DNA of 64,000 nt, from contig NC_068986.1 in the NCBI RefSeq assembly GCF_001194135.2, positions 102,025,638 to 102,089,637 of the forward strand, in the 5' to 3' direction. Positions 63,837-64,000 of this stretch are shown in pieces. The position numbers were made by a program, and so were the translations under genes. Position 1 is the stretch's first letter. Each line of letters starts with the position of its first letter. The notes beneath the pieces are model-generated. The model saw only the letters and a list, made by a program, of their open reading frames with translations. It did no database searches and was not told the DNA's origin. This stretch comes from Octopus bimaculoides (Eukaryota).

Positions 63837-63882
63837 AACACCTGATGATGGCTGGAGAGTGTATCAGCCGAAACGTTGAGTT
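63837..63882 (+). ncRNA. Type I minimal hammerhead-ribozyme motif in a PLE-like terminal repeat
   Basis: AACAC-CUGAUGA-U-GGCUGG-(loop)-UCAGCC-GAAA-CG-UU-GAGUU: intact core, 6-bp stem II, palindromic ACGU stem III, GUU triplet, 4/5 pairs in stem I. Confidence 0.75.
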
Positions 63883-64000
63883 AACAACAAACAAGACGAG
63901 AACAAATATCTGCCAAGTGTAAATAATGCAAATAATGTTTCTGAAAGCTCTGCCTTAGTTTGGGAAAATGCTACTGGTGGTACAGCTGATGCGGCAATTA

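Overview
AT-rich, microsatellite-dense animal genomic DNA with 17 N-gaps, almost all flanked by simple repeats as in a short-read assembly. The repeat content suggests a cephalopod (Octopus-like); this is an inference. No complete protein-coding gene, rRNA, true tRNA or CRISPR array is supportable. The window is mostly intronic or intergenic and full of transposon debris: several tRNA-headed SINE families, a decayed mariner and a mariner MITE, two R4/Dong-type LINE fragments at (TAA)n tracts, an RTE-like 3' end encoding three C2H2-type fingers, and hairpin MITEs in (TA)n. Penelope-like relics are also present. The most notable signal, found by eye, is six type I hammerhead-ribozyme-like motifs from about four sequence families, plus one weak candidate. 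They are at 8501-8556(-), 24795-24842(+), 42052-42097(-), 42182-42227(+), 51191-51228(-) and 63837-63882(+); two form a ~180-bp foldback with a hammerhead motif on each strand. A few phase-compatible candidate exons suggest a long-intron + strand gene of unknown identity (low confidence). Most ORFs in the supplied track are microsatellite or N-gap artefacts.
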